A DNA stretch of 64,000 nucleotides from NCBI GenBank assembly GCA_950097015.1, contig CATNEN010000003.1:5952001-6016000 (forward strand). Direction: 5' to 3'. Shown here piece by piece: positions 1 to 11,668 of the stretch. Origin of the DNA: Macrostomum hystrix. Taxonomy: Eukaryota > Animalia > Platyhelminthes. The notes below the pieces were generated by a model. That model was not told the origin of the DNA. It ran no database searches and worked only from the letters and a program-made list of their open reading frames with translations. Position numbers and translations under genes: made by a program. Numbering within the stretch: position 1 is the stretch's first letter; each line of letters begins with the position of its first letter.

Positions 1-243
1 AGACTCGATCCTAATTCAATATTTGATACTGAGCCAATGCTTGAGATGGTATTCACTCCCTCAATAGAGCGGCATTACCTAGGATGTGTACATAGCCTTA
101 GTGATTTGGTGATGAACTAATGGCTAGGTATACTGTCAACCAGAACAAATAGTCAAATTAGTGCTTTTCTCATTAATGTGGGACTCAACACTTTTTGAAC
201 ACACCTTTTTTACATTGATAATCTAATATATTTTTATAAGTAG

Positions 244-894
244 TGTGACGTTGTCACTTGTTGGAAGCGCCCCTATGAATTTAATCTACGCGTTAATTTA
301 TGTAGCTAATTTACATGCGTACTAACTTGGGCCGTTTAACAAATGTCATTTAACTATCACCAACTTCTGCGGTTTCGTATAATTATTTAAAATTGTTAGA
401 GTACTACTGTAAGTAGACGTCAATGTACATCGCGCCACCCTAGCTTATTTTCTACGCGCGTTCAATGTTAACTACCCCGGCAAATGAGCGTGCGAGCTCT
501 TTCTGGCTAGATTTATCGATCGCTCTGTTTATCCTGCGGGCGAGTTTATTTAACTAGGGTTCCTGAGCCCGCTCGCGCCTCACTTCGCTCGCTGACTTCT
601 CTTCTCTTCGCTCTCTCCCTTCTCTTCTCTCGCTCGCTGTCTTCTCTTCTCTCCGTGCCGCCCCTTCTCGTCCCGGCCGCTGTTAATTGCACTGTTATTC
701 GTCATATCAATTTCGTCTTCACTACTAGTTATTGTCACCATTGAGCTCCTACCCCTGACCGAATCATTGCTTGTCGTAAGTCCCAGTGCGAATAAACGAG
801 ATCAATCTAAAGTGCTACCGCTACACCGATTACGAGAATTCTAACTAAAATTGGGATTGAGTTCGACGACTCTGTTGCCAGTTATTTCGTCACA
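244..894 (+). mobile_element. Solo LTR of an LTR retrotransposon (probably Gypsy-type)
   Basis: Begins TGTGACG (244) and ends CGTCACA (894), a 7-bp terminal inverted repeat with TG...CA ends. Flanked by a 4-bp direct repeat GTAG (240-243 and 895-898). Internal AATAAA at about 791 and a CT-rich tract. Confidence 0.8.
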
Positions 895-1623
895 GTAGCT
901 AAAGTAAATGTACTCGTACATTAAATATGTACGAGTATTAAGTGCCTAAAAATAATCTAAGGCACTTAGAAAGTGCTAGTCTAAGGCTCATCAACTCATT
1001 ATGATTGATTTAATACTTAATTTTTGTTTTTGTCACCTTAAAATTGCAACCTGATCGACAGGGCTCTCTCAAGTTAGTGGTCTTAGCTGCATGACAGCCT
1101 CTGACAGTATTTTTCTTCTAGCTCGTATTTTACCTATTTTATACTTCGTGTGTAATGACGGGGCTCGCCCCCACCTATTTCAGAATAGCGCCTGAATCAG
1201 AAATCAGATTCGACTTCGGTTTAACAATCCCTTTTCCTCCTCTCCCTCCTCTCATTTTTAACGACGTGAGTCACACACCGGAAGTTTGGCTTGAAATGTT
1301 TATTGAGAGAAAAATATAATTAGGTAAAAAGTATAAATTAATCATTTCTTTATTAAGCTAAGACAGTCAAATGTAAAGTTACTAATTTTTAGATTTCACT
1401 TTATACACTAGACATGAAAGTCAATCTTGTAGAGCATTTATAAAAATATAAATTAGACGGTAACTACCTAGGACATGCACAAAAAACTGTCGGATTTACG
1501 CTGTTATTAAAAGAATAATTCAAGAAAACAAAATAATTAGCTACATCTTACTTGATCGCAAAACTGAGATAAAACATAAAAACTCTTTCCATAGGAAGCA
1601 ATAAGAGCTCAGGAGTTGAAAAT

Positions 1624-3294
1624 CTATATCGGACTAATGGCTACCATACTATTAACACCCGTGTCATTCTCTTTGTCCTTCAAATCTGGGCCTGGGTAGT
1701 CGTCATTTCCCTCGGTCTTATTGAAGCAAACCAAAATTAGGTCGTGCAGAAACTGAAGCAGCTCGCAGGCTGTGAGAACCGACATGCCCAGGTATATTCC
1801 AAGAATGCCTCCAACGTCGGCTACGAAGCTCTCGAAACTGTAAGCTCTGGTAAAAGTGACGCGATCAGCCATCGACTTCTTCACTGAAATTTCCAGTTGC
1901 AGTAGGTTGGCTCGAAGGTACTCCCTCAGCTCCTGACTGTAGTTTTTGCTTGCCGAAATGCGTTCTAGGTACTTCAGCGCTGTACTTGACCTTTTGGACA
2001 GGCTCTGTGGAAAGATAAGACTGCCTTCAACCTCTTCCATAATGCTCTCAACTGGCCATTCAGTACTGCGAATACTTGAGCTGTAGCTCCGTTCGGAGCA
2101 CAAACGGGACCTTGAGCAGCGCTCCAATGGTTCCTCTAAGCTCAACTCATTTTTATTCTCCAAGTAGTTTCTCATATCCTGTGTGCTACCCCAACTACTG
2201 CTCACGTTGAACAGCTGTCGATCAGCTGGTGGCCACGGCTGCGGCAGGTACCCAAGCGAGATGTTCAACACGCGCTTAAACTGATCTTGCATTGCCCTGT
2301 GATAGCAATGGCCATAATCGTAAGCCACCGAGTATGCTGAATTGTCATACGGATTCACCATTTGTACTCTCGGGTGACTTTCGATACATCGAGTGGAGTC
2401 TTCAGTGTGAACCTGCTCGTTCATCTCAAGCTCAATGTTGTATGAGCGGCCACTCTCGAGAACCAGAATCTCATCAAACTCACTTGGATAGTGTCCTGGC
2501 CTCGTGATATAGACTCTCATATTCGAACTGCGGACCTTCGATGATAAACTAGCTCTGTCCAAAGCCCAGAATGGTGCTGTGACATTCCCGTACATGCTGC
2601 TGATCGCAGGTAAGATAGGGCGACCCATTCTGCTGTCCGGTGCGTCAATCATGGCCCGAACAAAGAAGATATCCTCAGGTCCAGTGAACCGCATGGCCTC
2701 TCTCTGTGTTTCGTTTAGTGAGATATTGAAGCAGCGTAGATGCTTTGGGTGGTAGAACGGCTTCGATTCAATCTCCATGTGAAAATATCCAAGCCCATTG
2801 CTTCTCGCCAGCAGCGAATGTATAATCGACTGTTCGCGGGTGTGTCCCATTTCATCCACGAGACTACGATACGGCAGGGAGTTTAGCCGTAGCTCTGCCT
2901 CGTCCTCCACAATCAACTCGCAGTAGTCGTTGGGCAGCTGATGGCACCATCTTCTTGTTGCTTCGTCCGCCTTTCGAATCGTCTCGTTCACCATCGTCTT
3001 GAACTCTTCGCTCACCTCCAAGTGTCGACTGCCTGACATCGGATTGTCGAAGCAAAAGAACAGATCAGGGTACTCAAACGGAACTGCGTCCGCCCGGAGA
3101 TTGGTAGTCACGTCGTTCGCTTGGAGACGGTTGATGAAGCCGATCAGCTGCCTGATGAACAGGCCGCAGCAGATCAGCCATGCCAGCAGCCACAGCACCC
3201 TCGTGTACACTCGCTTCTCATTGACCAGACGTGCCAGAGCGTGAGCATTGGTTTTTTCAAGGGCCTGCTTGACCAGCTCGCTTTCGCTTTTCAT
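1624..3294 (-). CDS. DEG/ENaC (amiloride-sensitive Na+ channel family) subunit, intronless, 556 aa
   Basis: Pre-TM1 TNAHA, TM1 (VLWLLAWLICCGLFI), post-TM1 FEYPDLFFC, large extracellular loop, and TM2 ESFVADVGGILGIYLGMSVLTACE with a GxS filter. Confidence 0.93.
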   Translation of the reverse strand: MKSESELVKQALEKTNAHALARLVNEKRVYTRVLWLLAWLICCGLFIRQLIGFINRLQANDVTTNLRADAVPFEYPDLFFCFDNPMSGSRHLEVSEEFKTMVNETIRKADEATRRWCHQLPNDYCELIVEDEAELRLNSLPYRSLVDEMGHTREQSIIHSLLARSNGLGYFHMEIESKPFYHPKHLRCFNISLNETQREAMRFTGPEDIFFVRAMIDAPDSRMGRPILPAISSMYGNVTAPFWALDRASLSSKVRSSNMRVYITRPGHYPSEFDEILVLESGRSYNIELEMNEQVHTEDSTRCIESHPRVQMVNPYDNSAYSVAYDYGHCYHRAMQDQFKRVLNISLGYLPQPWPPADRQLFNVSSSWGSTQDMRNYLENKNELSLEEPLERCSRSRLCSERSYSSSIRSTEWPVESIMEEVEGSLIFPQSLSKRSSTALKYLERISASKNYSQELREYLRANLLQLEISVKKSMADRVTFTRAYSFESFVADVGGILGIYLGMSVLTACELLQFLHDLILVCFNKTEGNDDYPGPDLKDKENDTGVNSMVAISPI

Positions 3295-3967
3295 ATTTTG
3301 CAGATTCTTGAACTCGCTGACTTGCTAATTATAAATTAGCATGCCAATGTATGTCAGGATTTTCTTGATTGCTTGATTAAGCGTTTTCCTTCGTTTCTGA
3401 TCTGAATGTTCATTTAGTAGTTAATGTAACTGGTTGATGCTAGCTGGTCCTTATCAGGCTTCTATTGCTATAGGAATGAGATAACGCGAGTTCTCGTCCT
3501 TACATATTCCAGTCCGTACTTTCGGGGAATTGAACAAAGTAGCGATCTTGTGCACAACTGACTTTGACGCTCTGATTGCACCCACCTGTCTGTCAAATAG
3601 TTGGTCGTCATTTGCGATTCTTGGCAAACTTTTCTAGTGCTATCTAATCTTAAAGACATTTTTGTGTTTACCAAGATTGGTATGCTTTTTTCTATAAAGA
3701 GAAATAGATATGACACCTAAGCCAGTTGTGACTGTATTAAGAAATAAGTGGGGGTTTGAGAATAATTATTGAAGAAAAAATAGAAATACTTTGCTTGCAT
3801 TGCTAAAGGCATTATTTTTTCTGAAGAAAACATTCTAGGGTGATAAACATTAGAACATAAAAAATAGTTTTATCTGCACTTTTAGAATAACTAGTACAGT
3901 AACAATGGTCTACTGCCATTATGGGAATAAAAGCCACCAGTTTCATCCTTTTTAATAAGTTTTTTCG

Positions 3968-4325
3968 ATCTCAGTCATCGATACCAATCATCGGTACCAG
4001 TCATCGGTACCAGTCATCGGTACCAGTCATCGGTACCAGTCATCGGTACCAGTCATCGGTACCAGTCATCGGAACCAATCATCGGTACCAGTCATCGGTA
4101 CCAGTCATCGGTACCAGTTATCGATACCAGTCATCGGTACCAGTCATCGGTACCAGTCATCGGTACCAGTCATCGGTACCAGTCATCGGTACCAGTCATC
4201 AGAACCAATCATCGGTACCAGTCATCGGTACCAGTCATCGGTACCAGTCATCGATACCAGTCATCAGTACCAGTCATCGGTACCAGTCATCAGTACCAGT
4301 CATCGGTACCAGTCATCGATACCAC
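3968..4325. repeat. 13-bp minisatellite (CATCGGTACCAGT)n
   Basis: About 27 direct copies; ORF 3921-4328 is its translation. Confidence 0.95.
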
Positions 4326-4826
4326 TAAACTTGCTAAATTTTACCAGCTGTTAATCAGTTTTTCAATACTTAGTTCAACAATAATAAATAGTAAGAAATG
4401 GTTCTATATTGGTAGCTACAATTTTTTTTGTAAAGTTCACAAATTTGCTCGCAACAACGAAAGCACTACTTAACAACACTAATTAATGTTTATTTAAGCA
4501 GTCCTTGCGTTATGGCTGTGTTAGCGTTAAAAACTTATATTAAAAAATCAATGCTCAGACTATGAAATAAGCAAATAGCAAGTCACCCACCAGGTAGGTC
4601 TTGTCTTTTCTCTATACTCGTATACACGCGCGATAGAAACAAAGCATTGTTTAATTGACTTACAGTATGAAATTTCGAGTAAAATCTTGGTTTTGGGTTT
4701 CTGTTTCTTGCAGGTAAAATTTCGTATGGTAGCAGCAAGGTCACTTGTCACACTAATAAAAAATCAAGAGTTTGGAGAATACTTTTTATATTTTATAACA
4801 CCGACAAGAATGAAATATTTTCTTGC

Positions 4827-5535
4827 CTAGCCTGCCTTGCCTAGTCCACTTTCTAAACTATTTCCAATGTTTGTTTCATTACTACCCGACTTTCTATTTA
4901 CCTCAGACCTTGACAAGCACAGCAGAATGAGGTCGTGAAAAAACGGAACCAGTTCACACATTGTGAGAACCGACATGCCCAGGTAGACGCCCAGAATTCC
5001 TCCAACGTCGGCCACGAAGCTCTCGAAGCTGTAGGCTCGCGTGAAGATGATTCTGTCGGGCATTGGCTTCTTCAAAAATATCTCTAGCTCCAGCATGTTT
5101 GCCTGCAGATAGTCCGACTGTTCCTGGCTCAAATTTCCGTTTGCCGGAAAGCCTTGCAGGTATTTCAAGGCTTTCGCTGCTGGGGAAAGATCTGTCAGGG
5201 AAATGAGAGCGCCTTCTAGCTCATCAGCAATGCTTTCTGGTGGCCAAGCTAGCTGTGCTCCAAATTGAGGTTGAGTACATTCGCTCAGTGCAAGTACGCT
5301 TGGTGCTACACTTTGTCCTTGGTTCTTCTATACTCAACTGAGAGCGAATATCAATGTAGTTTGTTATGGCCTGAATGTACAAGACGTCATCATGCCCAGC
5401 GAATCTCACAATGCCATGCCATGCCAGCAGCCACAACACTTTCGTGTACACTCGCTTCTCATTGACCAGACGTGCCAGGGCGTGAGCATTGGTTTTCAGC
5501 AGAGCCTGTGAAACTAACTCGCTCTTTTTGTCCAT
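4827..5535 (-). pseudogene. DEG/ENaC paralogue pseudogene with two large internal deletions and a frameshift
   Basis: The N-terminus MDKKSELVSQALLKTNAHALARL...LLAW joins directly to a mid-loop fragment (GIVRFAGHDDVLYIQAI, matching AMRFTGPEDIFFVRAM), then to a late-loop fragment (EEPRTKCSTKRTCTER). A 4-bp duplication AGCTAGCT at 5247-5254 shifts the frame before WPPES. The TM2 region is intact. Confidence 0.85.
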
Positions 5536-6959
5536 TCAATTTGTTTTCTAATTGTATAATTGAAAAACTGTACCTGCGACTGATCCTATTTGAAAATGAG
5601 TTGGTTCACTATAAAACAGTATATTTTTCACTATATAAGCACGTTTACCCTTGCTTGATTGTGGTTCTTAGCAAATTATGCTTATAGCCCGCTATTAGTG
5701 TTTACAGTACTCCGTGTGTTTGCCTAGCAACTAATTATAAGACTTTTCCCTGAATAGTTTAGAGAAGAGTGCTAGAGTTTACTGAGCTGTGCTTAGAACG
5801 TAATGCCTGTATGACATTTGCTATGCTTGTAGTATTAGCCATCTATTCAATTTTTCGCATTTCACCTGGATTGCTGTCCAGGTGCAGTGATTACTCTCAT
5901 GCCTCTAATGCCTTTTCAGTCAGGAAATAAAGGTATTGTCATAAAACGGTATAAGGTCTCTCAGTCCACAGTTTGAATTCCACTGTGATTATTTGGTACT
6001 TTATTTCCGCGCGAAGTACATTGTAACCAATTCTTGCATGCTGAAGTGAGGTGCTTCATAGTGGCGCTAGTCTCCTCTTCATGCGCTTGTCAAACTTTCA
6101 TTTCCTATTTATATACGAGTACATCCGGTTACACATATGAAGATTAATTGTTGGAATTATTAAGTACTTCAGTACGTGCTGCAGGACAAAATAATTGTGC
6201 ACTTGATAATTTAAACTTGATAATCAACATCGAAGGTTGACCCTAATGGTAAAAATGTTATGAAGGTCGAGCTTTTTTTACATTAAGGCGCGAATTAAAA
6301 GTCTTATCGCAGCAGAAAATACAGATTTAGCAGACGTGGAGCGTTCAGCCCGTTGGTTGGTTGCAAATCAAAACCGATCTGTGGTGTTACGCAACTCAGT
6401 CCGCTTGTCAGCTCGGCTTCCGACCTCTGAGAGGCGAGAGAGAAAGAGAGGGACAGAAATGAATCGATCGATCGAAGCTTTTAGAAGGCCGCTCTCCTAC
6501 TGTGCAACTTCAATCAGGCTTGACTTGGCTCGGCTTGACTGAGGAAGTATCGGGGAAGGGAGAAGGAGAGGCGAGGAGCGACCCTCGACAAGGGGAAGGC
6601 GCGGGATGGGCGTGGGGTCTCGGGAGTGGGTAGAGTTTGGAAGCTCAGGGTCGGGTGCGTCATCTTTCCCCTGGTCTGACCCACCTCCAGCCCAACCTCC
6701 TGGAAGCCCCTATTTTGTTTGGCCAGCTGAGGATGATTCATTCTCTCCCTACAGCAAACTAAACACGAGCGAAAATTAATTTCATAAGTCTATCATCCCA
6801 AAAAAATCTCTTTCGTACAAAAAGCCATTCTTTGCGCGTCTAATTTAGTGTCACACACCAGCATCTGTGCCGGCACGACCCTTTCCTTACCCTGGCTGAT
6901 TCCTTTTAATTGTCAGTTTAGCCAACGTGGATAAATCTGCTTTGACTAACTGATCGGCT

Positions 6960-9900
6960 ATGAGGTAAGTCAGAGCACAGTATTTATTTGTTTTTGTTGA
7001 AACATGTATGCAATCGTGATGCTTAAAATAATTCTAGCTGTAGTGTGATCGACTAGAGCGACTTGAAGGTCGGGAGTTTCGATCCTCGACTCCACTGGAA
7101 CAGTTTGTGTCCATTAGCAAGACAACTCTGCGTTGTTTCAGTTCAATCAGTTGTTTAATGGGTATCAGCATCAACTGGGGTAATTGATGGTCTGTTGCGT
7201 CCCCCCAGTCCATGGACTGAACAGCCATAGTCTTTCGATGCACATCGAATGAGACAGGTGTAATAAAAATATTGTTAATGCTTTTATTTATTAAAAAAAT
7301 ACCAACGAGGGAATTTCCGCATTCTAACAAATCCATGTAAATCAAACGTAGAAACTATTTCGTTTCGTCGTAACCTTACTCTTTCTTTATTATTTATCGA
7401 ACAGTTAATTTTGATTGGGACTTTATCATGTAGACCATTTTTATACTGAATTTAGTAAGGACATGAAAAATACATACTAAAGTTATAACTATACAATATT
7501 TCGTGCAGTCTTCAACGTAACGGCAACGGATTCAATAGCATCGGTTCAGGAAGCGGCGCCTTCTTGGTCAGCAAGGCCTCCACAGGCCTCAGCCAGACGG
7601 TTGGCACTGCAACGTCGCCGCTTTGCGCCGCAGTTCTCACCAACGCCGACGATGCTCGCCTATCGAGTCTACTTTCTGAAGTGGACGAATTCGGAGACAC
7701 GGTGCTGGGCCGAGAGATCGAAGCATGCGAGGAGGGTAACAACTTCTCCGTATCGCTGGGTGTGCTTCGGTGCCTACTGGCTAAACGCTGGTCACTGCGA
7801 CCATATCTGTGGCGCCAGACACTGCTCACGGGTGCCCGCAGTGGTCGAGCCTGTTTGCTGCAGGTGCTACAAGATCAGGATCCCGAAGCGTGGACAGCGG
7901 CGCTACGCTACAACGACGGTGAAGATGGCAAAGCAGAAGCCAACGAGTCTGAGGGTGGGCCTAGTGGCAGCGTGTTGCACTGGGCTGCGGCTGGCGGCCA
8001 TCCCGGTCTGCTGGTGTCGCTGGCGAAAAGTTTGCGAGTCGCTGGCGGCGATGTCTTCAGCGTGGATGAGGAGGGAAATACTTTTGCCGATGTTTTTGCG
8101 GAGAGGTAAAATAGCTTGCTAAATTTTACCTGTATTCGAAAATTTATTTTGCATAATGTGTTTTGATGGCGTAACAATACAACCACCCATCAGACACCGT
8201 CGCCTGCTACCCGACTTATGGACTTTTGAGCCGACGCCAGCCACAGCCGCTGACGATTTTCGCCGTCTACTAGAACTAGTTGACCCACCGATCACCACGA
8301 AGCCAGCTGACAAGAGGATGCACAACGCTGCACTGAAGTCCCTCGCGTCAGCCACCTGGCAGGTAAAGCGACTGGCCAGTCGTAAAGACGGAGAAAGCTC
8401 CCGCGAACGAGCTGAACGAGCTCGCCAAGCGGTCCGACTGTGCGCTCTAGCAGACAATTGTGGCAGCCTGGTGACTGCGCTGGCAATACTCGATAGACTT
8501 CGTCCAGCTGATATTGACGAAGACTTTCTTCGCGAGCTGACACTGGCTGGCTGGTCTGCCGCAGTGCGTCCGCTTCTGCTGTTGGCCCACGCAAGACCAA
8601 TTGAATGCTGCTTAGGCGTTGCCAACGCCTGCTGCGAAGCTCTTCGACGTCTTCATAATGGCGACGTCGGCAGCGGGGTCGGAGGTCGGTTTTCCGTTTT
8701 CGTCAAGCAAATCCGAGCCTGGTGTTTGGCCCGAGCTACATTCAACGTCGAAAATTCCGCTAGCGTTGCGCTTCTTGACCTGAAGCGCTGCGCCGAAAAC
8801 ACTGCCTGTGCCGCGCTTGAGCGAGTCTGGTCAGTTGCGGTCAGAGACGATCGCGATGGTGGCGGAGCGTTCGGCAACGACTGCGATGATTGGCGGGCTC
8901 GAGTGCATCGGCACTTTTTCGAGGGCCGTCAGCCCCGTTTGCGACCCTGGAGGACTGACTTCGATGCTCTCTCTCGAACTGAATGTGTGCGCGCTTACAC
9001 TGAGAGAGTTTGGCAACAGATGACGATGGAGCCCCCAACTTCTTTGAAGCAGCTGCCCCGTCTGCTGCTGCTGACAGGACCGTCACCTAGAATGAAGCTA
9101 ATTGGCCAGTGTGTGTCACTTGCCTTGTTAATATTATTGCTACTAGTACTGGCGATGAAACAGGGAACAGCGGAGCTTTCTAGAACGCTGTACATATTCA
9201 CGTGGCTCTGCTTTCTGTGTCAGACAGGTCAGGAAGCTCAGGAATTTTTCCATTTGCGCTGCCTAGAGTCTCAAGTGCCACAGTTGCATCCAGCCCTCTC
9301 GGTCTGCTGGGCGCTAGCCTCGACTGCAACGGTGCTGGGGCTGACATTGCGGCCACTGGAGCCTCTGGCTTTTTCGGGTCGAGTTCTACTGGCTGTGAGC
9401 GTGCTGCTCTGGCTAGTTGGTCTGCTGAACAGAGTTGCTGCCTGCCAGTTAATTGGCCGCTTGCTGCTTCAAGCTGGATTTGTCATCATTGACGATCTCC
9501 TTCCGATGGTTGTAATTCTACTGCCGCTGATTGCACTGACTACCATTTTGATTGGATCAGATTGGACTGTCGGACAGCCAATTATTACACTGCTTGGCAA
9601 TGAGACAGAAACCATCGAGTACTACTATGCCGGATCGTCAATAAACTGGCAAAAGAATGGTATGGTTTTTATAAAGTTGTAATAACAGTGAATCATGAAG
9701 AAATTTTTATGCAAAAAACATGCTGTCAAAGTTAATTTCATGTCACACCCCAAAACTTCAGGCACTTTTCAGTGCGCCACCCTAATTTGGTTGGTGCTCT
9801 CCATCGTGCTGTTAACTGGAAGAGTCCCAAGCACTCTGAAGCGCCGATCTGATCTGATCAACCGACAGCAGTTGCGTCATCGCCTCGCCACAGCGCTGCG

Positions 9901-10375
9901 CCTTCGGGACGCCTCTCCAGGTCCACTGCCCGTGCCATTGAATCTTGTCTACGCTGTCGTCTTTGTCTGGCGCCAGATTTTCGGTCGCCGAGTAGTTCGC
10001 CTGCGACGCGGCAGGCACCAAGACTGCGGCGTCGATTTGAGCAGAGGTCGCAGCAATGGTGGAGACTCATACACAGGCGGTGGCAATGGAAGTAGCATTA
10101 GTGGCAATGGAATAGTTGGAACTCTGGGAAGGCGTTCCAGACCCTCAGAGTCCGACGCCAGGGCCACTCAGTGCATGTACCAGAGTGGTCACGCGGGCTT
10201 GTCCGCAGCCGAGGCCGAAGATGGCAGTACTAATCCGCTGTTCTCAGCGGCTTCGGCTGCAGCAGCCGCGTCCTGCGCTCACCGGGACCTGCGCCAGTTT
10301 CAGCTGTTCCAGGCCGGCGCTCTCCGTGGATTTCGAGCTCACCTGGCGGAACTCAGCTCAGATGGGGCTAATTAA
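6960..10375 (+). CDS. Divergent ankyrin-containing TRP-like cation channel, about 893 aa, 4 coding exons
   Basis: Exons 6960-6964, 7509-8105, 8194-9659 and 9762-10375, all GT-AG and phase-compatible (2682 nt). Ankyrin motif SVLHWAAAGGH...DVFSVDEEGNT, about 6 hydrophobic segments, and post-S6 LPVPLNLV resembling TRPC TRP-box 2 (LPVPFNLV). Confidence 0.65.
7037..7265 (+). mobile_element. SINE family A (tRNA head + CORE-like domain), in TRP intron 1
   Basis: B-box-like GTTTCGATCC, the GTGTCC..AGCAAGAC core and CCCCAGTCCATGGACTGAACAGCC, shared with about 10 other copies in the window. Confidence 0.8.
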
Positions 10376-11143
10376 AACCATTTCAGTCTATTTTCTTCTG
10401 TGACTCGAATTTGGTAAACAAAGGACACTAAAATTAACGAATTCTGTCAAAATCTTTTATTCACTTGAAGCATGTTTTAATGGTTATAATTTTTGTCTGC
10501 TATTTCTGATATTGTTTTCTCTGACCCCGCTAAATATTATTACTCATGTTTCAAATTGGTTTTTGAGCAATTTTTACCCTCAAGTTTCTAGATCCAAGAT
10601 CGATGGACACTGTGAGAACAATTTTCTTGAACTTTTCTGATTAGAAAAATATTGACAGTTTTCATTGCAGCTATCTCAGGACTGAATGTACCAGAATTTC
10701 GGTTTTAAAATAGTTTTTCTAAGCTTCAATTCAAACATTAATTTTTGCAGCAAAATTAATATTATTGCTCGAATAACAAGGCAAATTTTTTGAGTCTTTA
10801 TTGCATCCCACATATACTTCGTCGATATACGGTTCAGTTAAAAACTAATTGACGTCCTTTCTGAGGTGACGATCTCGATTTTTAATTGAAGCGGCTCGCG
10901 TGCCGAGAGATGACAACCGCTTTCTCAGAAAGTGAATTTGCTAGTCCTTATTTATCTCTTCGCCAATTTCGCCAATCGACCATGATGACAGAAGCATAAA
11001 ATTGGCTGCGTTTTGAGGTGCAAAGGGTCTGTCACAATGTACCATTTGACTTGTCAGTTTTATTTGATTGCAAAGTTGTCACTGTTATTGAAGCGTATTT
11101 TGATCAGAGTAGTAAACAAATTTTGTAAATACAAAATAACAGT

Positions 11144-11208
11144 TGATTACACCTGCCCCCGATTGAACAACTTCGAATTACCTCAATTAACCTATTTAAC
11201 AGCTGGGT
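11144..11208 (-). mobile_element. SINE family A fragment
   Basis: GATTACACCTGCCC...ATTTAACAGCTGGGT matches the family A 3' end and core. Confidence 0.55.
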
Positions 11209-11333
11209 AAAGCTATATGGGTTGCTAAGGGATGCAAATTGTTGAAACGGAATCAAGAATCGAGCGAGCGTATCAGGGTCACATAGCATGGTAGTGTAAG
11301 GCAACAGCTTTTAGCAAGTCAAGTAGTTACGAC

Positions 11334-11643
11334 TAGGGGCGAGTGGCAGAGCAGTTAATGCTTCTGCCTCTCGCACCAATGTCCCTGACCTCGATTCCGT
11401 GGAAAAGGCCACATTAAATTGGGGTCGAACCTCCAAGGCACAGTGAAGTGTACACTGCTTGACGATGAGGAAGTCAGGGCAGATGTACACACCTGCATGA
11501 GCGTATGGCTGCGTATAGTATCTGTATGCGTGTGTGCTCAGGAGTCAGCGGAATGGGCAGAATTGCCTCCTCGCTGGCTGCAGGTCTAGTGGCACCAAAT
11601 GATGTACTATTGCCTGTAGCCCTCCTGCAATTATTCTTGCGAT
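11334..11643 (+). mobile_element. SINE family B, with 10-bp TSD TAGTTACGAC
   Basis: tRNA-like head (GTGGCAGAGCAG, CCTCGATTCC) and a body shared with 53260-53614 and 57366-57495. TSD at 11324-11333 and 11644-11653. Inserted about 15 bp past the DEG/ENaC stop codon. Confidence 0.88.
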
Positions 11644-11668
11644 TAGTTACGACAGTTTCACCTGATCG

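Noticed and set aside
6380-6860. Possible LTR or MITE upstream of the TRP gene
   Set aside because: The termini are not clean inverted repeats and there is no TSD.
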